A program made the position numbers and the translations under genes. Below are positions 36,262 to 48,071 of a DNA stretch of 64,000 bases, piece by piece. The number at the start of each line of letters is the position of its first letter. Position 1 is the first letter of the stretch. This DNA comes from Squalus acanthias (taxonomy: Eukaryota). Where the stretch lies: positions 372,001 through 436,000 of the forward strand of contig JASTWF010000349.1 in assembly GCA_030390025.1 (NCBI GenBank). The letters are read 5' to 3'. The notes below the pieces were generated by a model, which was given only the letters and a program-made list of their open reading frames with translations, searched no databases and was not told the origin of the DNA.

Positions 36262-39200
36262 ACAGTGAGCAGTGTGTCACAGCGTGGGTTTACAGTACAC
36301 AGTGTGACAGGGACGGTGAGCAGTGTGTCACAGCGTGGGTTGAAAGTACACAGTGTGACAGGGACAGTGAGCAGTGTGTCACAGCGTGGGTTTATAGTAC
36401 ACAGTGTGACAGGGACGGTGAGCGGTGTGTCACAGCATGGGTTTATAGTACACAGTGTGACAGGGACAGTGAGCAGTGTGTCACAGCGTGGGTTTATAGT
36501 ACACAGTGTGACAGGGACAGTGAGCAGTGTGTCACAGCGTGGGTTTATAGTACACAGTGTGACAGGGACAGTGAGCAGTGTGTCACAGCGTGGGTTTATA
36601 GTACACAGTGTGACAGGGACGGTGAGCAGTGCGTCACAGCGTGGGTTTACATAGATACATAGATACATAGAAGATAGGAGCAGGAGTAGGCCATCCGGCC
36701 CTTCGAGCCTGCTCCGCCATTTAATGAGATCATGGCTGATCCTTCAATTCAGTATCCCGTCCCCGCCTTCTCTCCGTAACCCTTAACCCCTTTTGCCTGT
36801 AGAAATATATCTAATTCCCTCTTAAATATATTTAATGAGCTGGCGTACACTGCCCTCTGTGGCAATGAGTTCCACAGGTTCACCACTCTCTGAGTGAAGA
36901 AATTCCCCCTCATTTCTGTCCTAAATGGTTTAGCCCTTATCCTTAAATTATGTCCTCTAGTTCTGTTCTCACCCGCCAAGGGAAACATTCCTTCTGCATC
37001 TAATCTGTCTAGACCTGTCAGAATTTTATACACTTCTATGAGGTCCCCTCTCAATCTTCTAAACTCCAGTGTGTACATCCCTAAACTACATAGTCTCTCC
37101 TCATAGGTCAATCCCGCCATTCCTGGTATCAGCCTGGTGAATCGCCGCTGCACCCCCTCCATGGCAAGAACATCTTTCCTCAGATGAGGCGACCAAAACT
37201 GTACACAGTACTCGAGGTGTGGTCTCACCAGTGCCCTGTACAGCTGCAGCAAGGTATCCCTGTTCCTGTATTCCAACCCTTTTGCTATGAAGGCCAGCAT
37301 ACCGTTTGCCTTCTTGACCGCCTGTTGCACCTGCATGCTCGCCTTCAGTGACTGGTGTACAAGAACACCCAGGTCTCTCTGTACTTCCCCCTCTCCCAAT
37401 TTATTGCCATTTAAATAATAATTTGCCCTCCCGTTCCTGCACCCAAGGTGGATAACTTCGCACTTGTCCACATTATAGTGCATCTGCCATTTATCCGCCC
37501 AATCACCCAGTCTGTCCAAATCGCTCTGGAGCTTCCTGGTCTCCTCCTCTGAGCCCACCCCCCCTCCTAGTTTAGTGTCGTCTGCAAATTTGGAAATGCT
37601 GCATTCGACTCCCTGATCCAGGTCATTAATATAAATTGTGAACAGCTGGGGACCCAGGACAGATCCCTGTGGTACCCCACTTGTTACTGCCTGCCATTCA
37701 GAAAATGAGCCGTTTATTCCAACTCTCTGTTTTCTATCTGACAGCCAGTTCTCTATCCACGTCAATACTTTCCCCTTTATCCCATGAGCTTCAATTTTCC
37801 ATGCTAATCTTTTATGTGGGACCTTATCGAAGGCCTTTTGGAAGTCCAGGTACACCACATCTACTGGCTCTCCCCCATCTATTTTACCAGTTACTCCCTC
37901 AAAAAATTCCAATAGATTAGTCAAGCACGATTTACCCTTTGTAAATCCATGTTGACTCTGTCCTATCCTGTCCCCATTTGCTAAGTGCTCGGCTATTTCA
38001 TCCTTAATGATGGACTCCAGCATTTTGCCCACAACTGATGTAAGGCTTACAGGTCTGTAATTACCTGCTTTTTCCCTACCCCCCTTTTTGAATAGTGGGG
38101 TAACGTTAGCTACCCTCCAATCCATGGGCACTGTTCCCGAGTCTAATGAATTCTGAAAAATCATGCTTAGTGCATCCGCTATCTCTAGGGCCACCTCCTT
38201 CAGTACCCTAGGATGCATGTTATCAGGCCCTGGGGATTTGTCCGCCTTCAATCCCATTAGCTTCCTTAACACCATATCCTTAGAGATATTGATTTGCGTC
38301 AGTTCCTCCTTTGCCAATGTCCCTATTTTTCCCGATTTATAGTACACAGTGTGACAGGGACGGTGAGCAGTGTGTCACAGCGTGGGTTTATTGTACACAG
38401 TGTGACAGGGACAGTGAGCAGTGTGTCACAGCGTGGGTTGAAAGTACACAGTGTGACAGGGACAGTGAGCAGTGTGTTACAGCGTGGATTTATAGTACAC
38501 AGTGTGACAGGGACAGTGAGCAGTGTGTCACAGCGTGGGTTTATAGTACACTGTGACAGGGACGGTGAGCAGTGTGTCACAGCGTGGGTTTATAGTACAC
38601 AGTGTGACCGGGACAGTGAGCAGTGTGTCACAGCGTGGGTTTATTGTACACAGTGTGACGGGGACGGTGAGCAGTGTGTCACAGCGTGGGTTTTTAGTAC
38701 ACAGGGTGACGGGGCGGTGAGCAGTGTGTTACAGCGTGGGTTTACAGTACACAGTGTGACAGGGACAGTGAGCAGTGTGTCACAGCGTGGGTTTATAGTA
38801 CACAGTGTGACGGACGGTGAGCAGTGTGTCACAGTGTGGGTTTATAGTACACAGTGTGACAGGGACGGTGAGCGGTGTGTCACAGCGTGGGTTTATAGTA
38901 CGCAGTGTGACAGGGACAGTGAGCAGTGTGTCACAGCGTGGGTTTACAGTACACAGTGTGACGGGGACAGTGGGCAGTGTGTCACAGCGTGGGTTTATAG
39001 TACACTGACCGGGACGGTGAGCAGTGTGTCACAGCGTGGGTTTATAGTACACAGTGTGACAGGGACCGTGAGCAGTGTGTCACAGCGTGGGTTTATAGTA
39101 CACAGTGTGACGGGGACGGTGAGCGGTGTGTCACAGCGAGGGTTTATAGTACACAGTGTGACGGTGAGCGGTGTGTCACAGCGTGGGTTTATAGTACACA

Positions 39201-42041
39201 GTGTGACGGGGACGGTGAGTGGTGTGTCACAGTGTGGGTTTATAGTACACAGTGTGACAGGGACAGTGAACAGTGTGTCACAGCGTGGGTTTATAGTACA
39301 CAGTGTGACAGGGACAGTGAGCAGTGTGTCACAGCGTGGGTTTATAGTACACAGTGTGACAGTGAGCGGTGTGTCACAGCGTGGGTTTATAGTACACAGT
39401 GTGACGGGGACGGTGAGTGGTGTGTCACAGCGTGGGTTTATAGTACACAGTGTGACGGTGAGCAGTGTATCAAAGCGTGGGTTTATAGTACACAGTGTGA
39501 CAGGGACAGTGAGCAGTGTGTCACAGCGTGGGTTTATAGTACACTGTGTGACAGGGACAGTGAGCAGTGCGTCACAGCGTGGGTTTATAGTACACAGTGT
39601 GACAGGGACAGTGAGCAGTGTGTCACAGCGTGGGTTTATAGTACACAGTGTGACAGGGACAGTGAGCAGTGTGTCACAGCGTGGGTTTATAGTACACTGT
39701 GACAGGGACGGTAAGCAGTGTGTCACAGCGTGGGTTTATAGTACACAGTGTGACAGGGACGGTGAGCAGTGTGTCACAGCGTGGGTTTACAGTACACAGT
39801 GTGACAGGGACGGTAAGCAGTGTGTCACAGCGTGGGTTTATAGTACACAGTGTGACAGGGACGGTGAGCAGTGTGTCACAGCGTGGGTTTATAGTACACA
39901 GTGTGACGGACGGTGAGCAGTGTGTCACAGTGTGGGTTTATAGTACACAGTGTGACAGGGACAGTGAGCAGTGTGTCACAGTGTGGGTTTATAGTACACA
40001 GTGTGACAGGGACGGTGAGCGGTGTGTCACAGAGTGGGTTTATAGTACGCAGTGTGACAGGGACAGTGAGCAGTGTGTCACAGCGTGGGTTTATAGTACA
40101 CAGTGTGACGGACGGTGAGCAGTGTGTCACAGCGTGGGTTTATAGTACACAGTGTGACAGGGACAGTGAGCAGTGTGTCACAGTGTGGGTTTATAGTACA
40201 CAGTGTGACAGGGACGGTGAGCAGTGTGTCACAGCGTGGGTTTATAGTACACAGTGTGACAGGGACGGTGAGCAGTGTGTCACAGCGTGGGTTTACATTA
40301 CACACTGTGACGGACAGTGAGCAGTGTGTCACAGCGTGGGTTTATAGTACACAGTGTGACAGGGACGGTGAGCAGTGTGTCACAACGTGGGTTTGTAGTA
40401 CACAGTGTGACAGGGACGGTGAGCAGTGTGTCACAACGTGGGTTTATAGTACACAGTGTGACAGGGACAGTGAGCAGTGTGTCACAGCGTGGGTTTATAG
40501 TACACAGTGTGACAGGGACAGTGAGCAGTGTGTCACAGCGTGGGTTTATAGTACACAGTGTGACAGACGGTGAGCAGTGTGTCACAGTGTGGGTTTATAG
40601 TACACAGTGTGACAGGGACAGTGAGCAGTGTGTCACAGTGTGGGTTTATAGTACACAGTGTGACAGGGACAGTGAGCAGTGTGTCACAGTGTGGGTTTAT
40701 AGTACACAGTGTGACGGACGGTGAGCAGTGTGTCACAGCGTGGGTTTATAGTACACAGTGTGACAGGGACGGTGAGCAGTGTGTCACAGCGTGGGTTTCT
40801 CGTACACAGTGTGACAGGGACGGTGAGCAGTGTGTCACAGCGTGGGTTTACATTACACACTGTGACGGACAGTGAGCAGTGTGTCACAGCGTGGGTTTAT
40901 AGTACACAGTGTGACGGGGACGGTGAGCAGTGTGTCACAGCGTGGGTTTGTAGTACACAGTGTGACAGGGACAGTGAGCAGTGTGTCACAGCGTGGGTTT
41001 ATAGTACACAGTGTGATAGGGACAGTGAGCAGTGTGTCACAGCGTGGGTTTATAGTACACAGTGTGACAGGGACAGTGAGCAGTGTGTCACAGCGTGGGT
41101 TTATAGTACACAGTGTGACAGAGACAGTGAGCGGTGTGTCACAGTGTGGGATTATAGTACACAGTGTGACAGAGACAGTGAGCAGTGTGTCACAGCGTGG
41201 GTTTATAGTACACAGTGAGACGGACAGTGAGCAGTGTGTCACCGCGTGGGTTTATAGTACACAGTGTGACGGGGATGGTGAGCGGTGTGTCACAGTGTGG
41301 GTTTATAGTACAGTGTGACAGGGACGCTGAGCAGTGTGTCACAGCGTGGGTTTATAGTACACAGTGTGACGGACAGTGAGCAGTGTGTCACAGCGTGGGT
41401 TTATAGTACACAGTGTGACAAGGACGGTGAGCAGTGTGTCACAGCGTGGGTTTATAGTACACAGTGTGACAGGGACAGTGAGCAGTGTGTCACAGTGTGG
41501 GTTTATAGTACACAGTGTGACAGGGACGGTGAGCAGTGTGTCACAGCGTGGGTTTATAGTACACAGTGTGACGGACAGTGAGCAGTGTGTCACAGCGTGG
41601 GTTTATAGTACACAGTGTAACAGGGACAGTGAGCAGTGTGTCACAGCGTGGGTTTATAGTACACAGTGTGACAGGGACAGTGAGCAGTGTGTCACACCGT
41701 GGGTTTATAGTACACAGTGTGACAGGGACAGTGAGTAGTGTGTCACAGTGTGGGTTTATAGTACACAGTGTGACAGGGACGGTGAGCAGTGTGTCACAGT
41801 GTGGGTTTATGGTACACAGTGTGACGGGGACAGTGAGCAGTGTGTCACAGTGTGGGTTTATAGTACACAGTGTGACGGGGACAGTGAGCAGTGTGTCACA
41901 GTGTGGGTTTATAGTACACAGTGTGACGGGGACAGTGAGCAGTGTGTCACAGTGTGGGTTTATAGTACACAGTGTGACGGGGACAGTGAGCAGTGTGTCA
42001 CAGCGTGGATTTATAGTACACAGTGTGACAGGGACGGTGAG
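36262..42041. repeat. 51-bp minisatellite (GTGAGCAGTGTGTCACAGCGTGGGTTTATAGTACACAGTGTGACAGGGACA), about 80 copies, split by a CR1 at 36650-38335
   Basis: 17-aa periodic ORFs (TVSSVSQRGFIVHSVTG) and direct periodicity with 2-6-nt deletion variants. Confidence 0.97.
36650..38335 (-). mobile_element. 5'-truncated CR1 with an uninterrupted RT frame, inserted into the minisatellite
   Basis: ORF 36749-38347 (532 aa, YLDFQKAFD, FADD); tail reads (CATAGATA)n on the + strand; TTTA is present on both sides (36646-36649 and 38336-38339). Confidence 0.95.
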
Positions 42042-43975
42042 TCTCTCCACAAGATTGTCTCCTTGTTGGTCTCGAGCCGACCCCACCCTTCCCTTTCAGT
42101 ATTTAGATGTTTGTGAAAGACTTTTGTGTTCCCTTCTATGTTGCGCACTAATCTATTCTCATCGTCTCTCTTTGTCTCTCTTATTCCCTTTTTCAGATCT
42201 CCACTGCTCTTTCTGTATTCAGCTTGGTTCTCTCGTCTGAATTTGCCAGTTGTCATAAGTTCCTTTTTATGTCCAACTTTAACCTCCATATCTTTCGTCA
42301 TCCAGGGAGCTCCAGCTATGGATGCCCTTCCTTTTCCCCATCATGGGACTGTGTTCACTATGTACCCAAACTATCTCCTCTTTAAAGGCCTCCTGTCGTT
42401 CAATTCCTGTTTTACATGCTAATTTTTGTTTCCAAGCCACCTGAGCCAGTCCCCTTTTCAACTCACTGAAGATAGTCCTTCTCCAGTCTCGTCTCTTCAC
42501 CTTTGATTGTTCCTCGTCCTTTTCCATCAGTACTCTCAACCTAATGATATTGTGATCACTGTTTCCTAAATGCTCTCCCACTAAATCATGCTCCATCTGC
42601 CCCACTTGATAAGAAATAGGAGCAGGTGTAGGCCGTATGGCCAATTGAGCCTGCTCTGCCAATCAATAAGATCATGGCTGAATGAACTTCTACCTTCACT
42701 CCACTTTCCTGCCTGTTCCCCCATATCCCTTGGTTCCCTTAGTTTCCAAAAATCTAGCCTTCTCAGTTCTCTGCGGTAGAGAATTACAAAGATTCGCAAC
42801 CTTCTGAGTGAAGAAATTCCTCCTCATCTCAGTCTTAAATGGCCTACCCCTTATCCTGAAACTATGACCCCAGTTCTAGACTCCCCAGCCAGGGGAAACA
42901 ACCTCTCAGCATCTACCCTGTCAATCCCCCTCAGAATTTTATATGTTTCAATGAGATCACCTCTCATTCTTCTGAACTCCCATTCTTCTAAACTCCAGAG
43001 AGTATAGGCCCATTCTACTCAATCTCTCATCCCAGGAATCAATCTAGTGAACCTTCGTTGCACTGCCTCCAAGGCAAGTGTATCCTTCCTTAGATAAGGA
43101 GACCAGAACTGTGCACAGTACTCCAGGTGTGGTCTCACCAAAGCCCTATATAATTGCAGCAAGTGTTCCTTGCTCTTATACTCCAAGCCCCTTGCAATAA
43201 AGGCTAATATACCATTTGCCTTCCTAACTGCTTACTGTACCTGCATGTTAATTTTCTGTGATTGGTGTACTCGAACCTCGAAATCCTTCTGAATACCAAC
43301 AGTTACTGGTCTCTCACCTTCAAAAATATTCGGCTTTTCCATTCTTCCTACCAAAGTGGATAATTTCACACTTTTCAGGTTATTTCTCCTTGTTCTGGAC
43401 TCTCCCACCAGAGGAAATAGTTTCTCTATCTACCCTATCAACTCCTTTAATCATCTTAAACACCTCAATCAGATCACCCCATAATCTTCTATACTCAAGG
43501 GAATGCAAGGTTAGTCTATGCAACCTGTCCTCATAATTTTTCTTCGACAGCACCACCCAAACCCGCGACCTCTACTACCTAGGACAAGGAAGCAGGCGCA
43601 TGAGAACACCACCACCTCCAAGTCGCACACCATCCTGATTTGGAAATATATCGTCGCTGGGTCAGAATCCTGGAACTCCCTATCTAACAGCAGTATAGGA
43701 GTACCTTCACCACACGGACTGCAGTGGTTCAAGAAGGCGGCTCACCACCACCTTCTCAAAGGCAACTAGGGATGGGCAATAAATGCTGGCCTTGCCAGTG
43801 ACGCCCACATCCCCTGAACGAATAATTACATTTTATTAGCCCCGGTATTACTCTGAATCTGTACTGCACCCCCTTCAAGGCCAATATATCCTTCCTGAGG
43901 TGCAGTTCCCAGAACTGAACGCAGTACTCCAGATGAGGTCTAACCACAGCTTTACGTAACTATAGCATCATTTCC
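42042..43975 (-). mobile_element. Mosaic of CR1 fragments (minus strand), with a family-B LINE 3' end on the + strand at about 43540-43825
   Basis: EHLGNSDHNII and RPHLEYCVQFW fragments, a CR1 3' UTR at 42609-42730 and the family-B terminus. Confidence 0.85.
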
Positions 43976-44708
43976 TTTGTATCCCATTTCTTCGATTGTG
44001 AAGACCATCTTGGTTGGTTCAGGCTGCTGCCTCTGTCGTTCACTCCATTACCTACATACCTGAACTGCCTCGCATGTGACCCCCCCCCCCCCCCCCCCCC
44101 TCCACTTAATGCAAAACAACTGTGCACTGTGCTGATGTCAGACTGACTGACATTAACATTGGATTAAAGCGACCAGCAGTCTTTTATTCCCAAACATCAA
44201 GTGGCCGTATCGTGATCAATCTGACAGTGGATCTGTCTGACGCTGCAGTTCGTACTGCTACGGTTGTACATTTTACAAAGACCCTGATGGTTCAGCACTT
44301 TCCATTGTGTGTCAGGGTGAGACTGTATTTGCTAGTTTGCCTCCCATTTAATCCAGCTGCCGTCCCAACCTGATGCAGTGTGTTCGTTCAGTCCAAACTG
44401 TCCTCGACGTGTCTCCCAGGTTCTACAAGTCTCAGCTTTTCCCCTCCCTCCCCCCCCACCCCCCCCATCCTCCACCTCCTGTCGAGCAGAGCAGCTGCTG
44501 TTTGGTGGCTGAGGTCTCGAGTGTACAGAGACTTGAGTGTGAGCTGTTTGTATCATAGCCAGGCCCCTGCTGCACCTGTCCCCATCAGTCTGCAGAGAAG
44601 ATTTTGTAAAAACTTAAAAAAAAAAAAAAATTTTTCTTCCCATTTTGAAAAGTTGTGGGGCCTTGTAAAGGGTGAAGTCCGTCGCTGCCCTTGCCCTCAG
44701 CCTCGAGA

Positions 44709-44779
44709 ATGTCTTCCTTCAAACTGGACTTCCTGCCGGAGATGATGGTGGATCACTGCACCCTGAGCTCTAACCCTGT
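44709..44779 (+). CDS. CELF1: CELF1 (CUGBP1) alternative N-terminal coding exon, MSSFKLDFLPEMMVDHCTLSSNP(V), phase-2 donor
   Basis: ATG at 44709, then 23 codons plus 2 nt, then GTGAGT. It matches the recalled human CELF1 long-isoform N-terminus MAAFKLDFLPEMMVDHCSLNSSPV in sequence and length, better than CELF2 (AFKLDFLPDMMVEGR). Possible acceptors at 44652 or 44700. Confidence 0.9.
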
Positions 44780-44883
44780 GTGAGTAGGGAGCACACCGAG
44801 TGTGTAGTAGGCGACTTGTGCTGTCAGGGCTACAGCGGGCTTCTCACAACCACATGCCTTGCAAGCTCTCGGCCCATCGTAGT

Positions 44884-45425
44884 CTCGGTCTCTCTCTCTC
44901 TCTCTTCCTATCTCTCTCTCTGTGCCTCTCTGTCTCTGTCCTCCCCTCTCTGTCTCTGTCTCCCCCCTCTCTCTGTCTCTGTCTCTCCCTCTCTCTGTCT
45001 CTGTCTCCCCCCTCTCTCTGTCTCTGTCTCCCCCCTCTCTCTGTCTCTGTCTCCCCCCTCTCTCTGTCTCTGTCTCCCCCCTCTCTCTGTCTCTGTCTCC
45101 CCCCTCTCTCTGTCTCTGTCTCCCCCCTCTCTCTGTCTCTGTCTCCCCCCTCTCTCTGTCTCTGTCTCCCCCCTCTCTCTGTCTCTGTCTCCCCCCTCTC
45201 TCTGTCTCTGTCTCCCCCCTCTCTCTGTCTCTGTCTCCCCCCTCTCTCTGTCTCTGTCTCCCCCCTCTCTCTGTCTCTCTCCCCCCTCTCTCTGTCTCTC
45301 TCCCCCCTCTCTCTGTCTCTGTCTCCCCCCTCTCTCTGTCTCTGTCTCCCCCCTCTCTCTGTCTCTGTCTCCCCCCTCTCTCTGTCTCTCTCCCCCCCCT
45401 CCCCCCCTGTCTCTGACCCCCTCTC
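44884..45425. repeat. Pyrimidine-rich compound repeat, about 23-bp unit (CTCTGTCTCTGTCTCCCCCCTCT)
   Basis: Direct periodicity; 23-aa period in the spurious ORFs. Confidence 0.95.
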
Positions 45426-45592
45426 AATACTTGTGTGCTTGAGTAAGTATAGTATTTGGGGACAGTAGCTGAGTTTCAAAGCGGGTGCACGTGACTGTTT
45501 ATAATGGACACCACGCAAATTCTTGCAATGCCCAAAACGTGATTTATGATTGAAGCTGGGCTGCTGCAGGTGTTCACAGTTCGCAGTGTAAC

Positions 45593-45739
45593 CAGTGTTC
45601 CCTCTTTAAAAAAAAAGTTTTGGCCCGCGTGGCCCCTATAACAGGCTGCGTGGGGCATTCAAAATTCCACGCATGCGCAGTTTTTCTATTTAAAAGGGCT
45701 TCGAGCGCTGCACAACCACGCAGCTTAAAGGGAACATTG
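45593..45739. mobile_element. 147-bp hAT-type MITE
   Basis: Terminal inverted repeats CAGTGTTCCCTCT / AAAGGGAACATTG; 8-bp TSD AGTGTAAC (45585-45592) versus AGTGTGAC (45740-45747). Confidence 0.85.
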
Positions 45740-45773
45740 AGTGTGACTGTATATAACTGTGCAATATCAAACC

Positions 45774-46644
45774 GTGTTTGATGTGACAGTGTAGAGGGAG
45801 CTTTACTCTGTATCTAACCCGTGCTGTACCTGCCCTGGGAGTGTTTGATGGGACAGTGTAGACGGAGCTTTACTCTGTATCTAACCCCGGGCCGTACCTG
45901 CCCTGGGAGTGTTTGATGGGACAGTGTAGAGGGAGCTTTACTCTATCTAACCCGTGCTGTACCTGCCCTGGGAGTGTTTGATGGGACAGTGTAGAGGGAG
46001 CTTTACTCTGTATCTAACCCGTGCTGTACCTGCCCTTGGAGTGTTTGATGGGACAGTGTAGAGGGAGCTTTACTCTGTATCTAACCCGTGCTGTACCTGC
46101 CCTGGGAGTGTTTGATGGGTCAGTGTAGAGGGAGCTTTACTCTCTATCTAACCCGTGCTGTACCTGCCCTGGGAGTGTTTGATGGGACAGTGTAGAGGGA
46201 GCGTTACTCTCTATCTAACCCGTGCTGTACCTGCCCTGGGAGTGTTTGATGGGTCAGTGTAGAGGGAGCTTTACTCTGTATCTAACCCATGCTGTACCTG
46301 CCCTGGGAGTGTTTGATGGGACAGTGTAGGGGGAGCTTTACTCTGTATCTAACCCATGCTGTACCTGCCCTGGGAGTGTTTGATGGGGCAGTGTAGAGGG
46401 AGCTTTACTCTGTATCTAACCCGTGCTGTACCTGTCTGGGAGTGTTTGATGGGACAGTGTAGAGGGAGCTTTACTCTGTATCTAACCCGTGCTGTACCTG
46501 CCCTGGGAGTGTTTGATGGGGCAGTGTAGAGGGAGCTTTACTCTGTATCTAACCCGTGATGTACCTGCCCTGGGATTGTTTGATGGGACAGTGTAGAGGG
46601 AGCTTTACTCTGTATCTAACCCGTGCTGTACCTGTTCTGGGAGT
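45774..46644. repeat. 67-bp minisatellite, about 13 copies (GTGTTTGATGGGACAGTGTAGAGGGAGCTTTACTCTGTATCTAACCCGTGCTGTACCTGCCCTGGGA)
   Basis: Period visible at 45774, 45841 and 45909. Confidence 0.96.
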
Positions 46645-46769
46645 GGGTATGAATAATGAAAATGATTGTGTTGCCAAGGCCTGATGCGGACTTGTTCTGA
46701 TATTGAAGGTTCAGTGTTGAGCATGTAGCTGTGTGCTTTTTGTGAGGTTTTCAGTCTGTCTGACATGAC

Positions 46770-47487
46770 CTAAACTGTGTTAATCCTTACCCAATAACAA
46801 TGTAGCAATCTCAGTCTTGAAAGGTCCAATTGTCGCTCAGAATCCACAACGTTTTGGGGCGAGAGTTCCAGATTTCCACTCCCCCTTGTGTTGAAATATG
46901 CTTCCTGATGGCCCAGCTCTGATTTCAAGTTTGTGCCGCCTTGTTCTGGACTTCCCCACCAGAGGAAAGAGTTTTTTGTATCTCGCCCATCGAATCCACT
47001 TCTCATTTTACACCTTCATTGTAAAATGACTGCAGTGGTTGTTATTCTTTGAGGTATCAGCTCTCTGTCTCAGTGGATTAAAAGATATCGCACCAGCTGT
47101 TGTCAAATGCCTGCACCCTGCTCATATACTACTCACTTCCCATTTCCCAACTGCTGCTCCACTTCCTGCCTGCTGTCCCACTTCCCAACTGCTCCTACAC
47201 TTTTTTCATTCATTCATGAGATGTGGGCGTTGCTGGCAAGGCCGGCATTTATTGCCCATTCCTAATTGCCCTTGAGAAGGTGGTGGTGAGCCGCCGCCTT
47301 GAAGCGCTGCAGTCTGTGGGGTGGAGGTGCTCCCACAGTGCTGTTAGGGAGGGACTGCCCCTCCGACAGTGCAGCACTCCCTCAATAATGCACCGGAGTG
47401 TCAGCCTGGATTATGTGCTCAAGTCTCTGGAGTGGGACTTGAACCCACGATCTTGTGACTGAGTGGGCAGTGCTACCACTGAGCCAC
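46770..47487 (-). mobile_element. CR1 relic (46770-47010), family-B LINE 3' end (47200-47352) and Deu-type SINE head (47353-47487)
   Basis: Similar to other copies in the window; SINE A-box TGGCTCAGTGG and B-box GGTTCAAGTCC on the minus strand. Confidence 0.8.
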
Positions 47488-48071
47488 AATACCAAGAGCT
47501 TCTGATTGCAGCATGGTGAGGCCCTCACCGCACTGTAGAATGTGAGTGCGCTCCTGCGGTATGGTCACATTGTTCACCGGGTGGAACTGTGGAGCTTCAG
47601 TATGAGCGTCCTAATGATGGGCACCATGCCCAGGATATATGGGCACATGTTCTCCAGGGAATGCCTTCAAGCAGCTGCCGTCCTAAGTTGGTGTTTCTTC
47701 ACCAGCTGTAGAGTAGATCAGTGCCACCCTGCATGGTGAAAGGGCAGACGGAAAAACAGAAAAACAGAAAAACCTGGCACACGGCTCGGGCTCTGAGCTC
47801 CGCTTTGGTTACTGTGAGGTACTGTAGTTAATAGTACTGAGTCCCTGAGATTGCTTCACTTTAATTGCTGTCACCACTTTATATGTGGGGGTTGATCTAA
47901 ATTCCAAGAGTGAAAAACGTGTACAATTTGTCAATGAAGTGGAGATGGCCATCGTGTCGGATCATGGGCTTGGAATTCAGTATCTCTAGGATGGTCCTGA
48001 TTCAATATCTGCTGTGTTTCATGTTTATTATTTGGTTGGACACCGCCTGGGAGCGGGAATTTTGTGCAGAA

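Noticed and set aside
36262..42041. CRISPR-like array, or repeat-protein ORFs (e.g. 540 aa at 38294-39916)
   Set aside because: The units are head-to-tail with no unique spacers and no cas genes. The ORFs arise because the 51-bp unit lacks stops, and they shift frame at random.
36262..42041. V(D)J recombination signals (CACAGTG heptamer in every unit)
   Set aside because: No ACAAAAACC-like nonamer lies 12 or 23 nt from the perfect heptamer. Only a poor cryptic minus-strand match (CACTGCT-23-CTATAAACC) exists, and there are no Ig/TCR segments.
44753..45518. Arg/Glu/Gly-rich or Leu/Ser/Pro-rich 220-aa ORFs
   Set aside because: Translations of a simple CT-rich repeat that is open on both strands.
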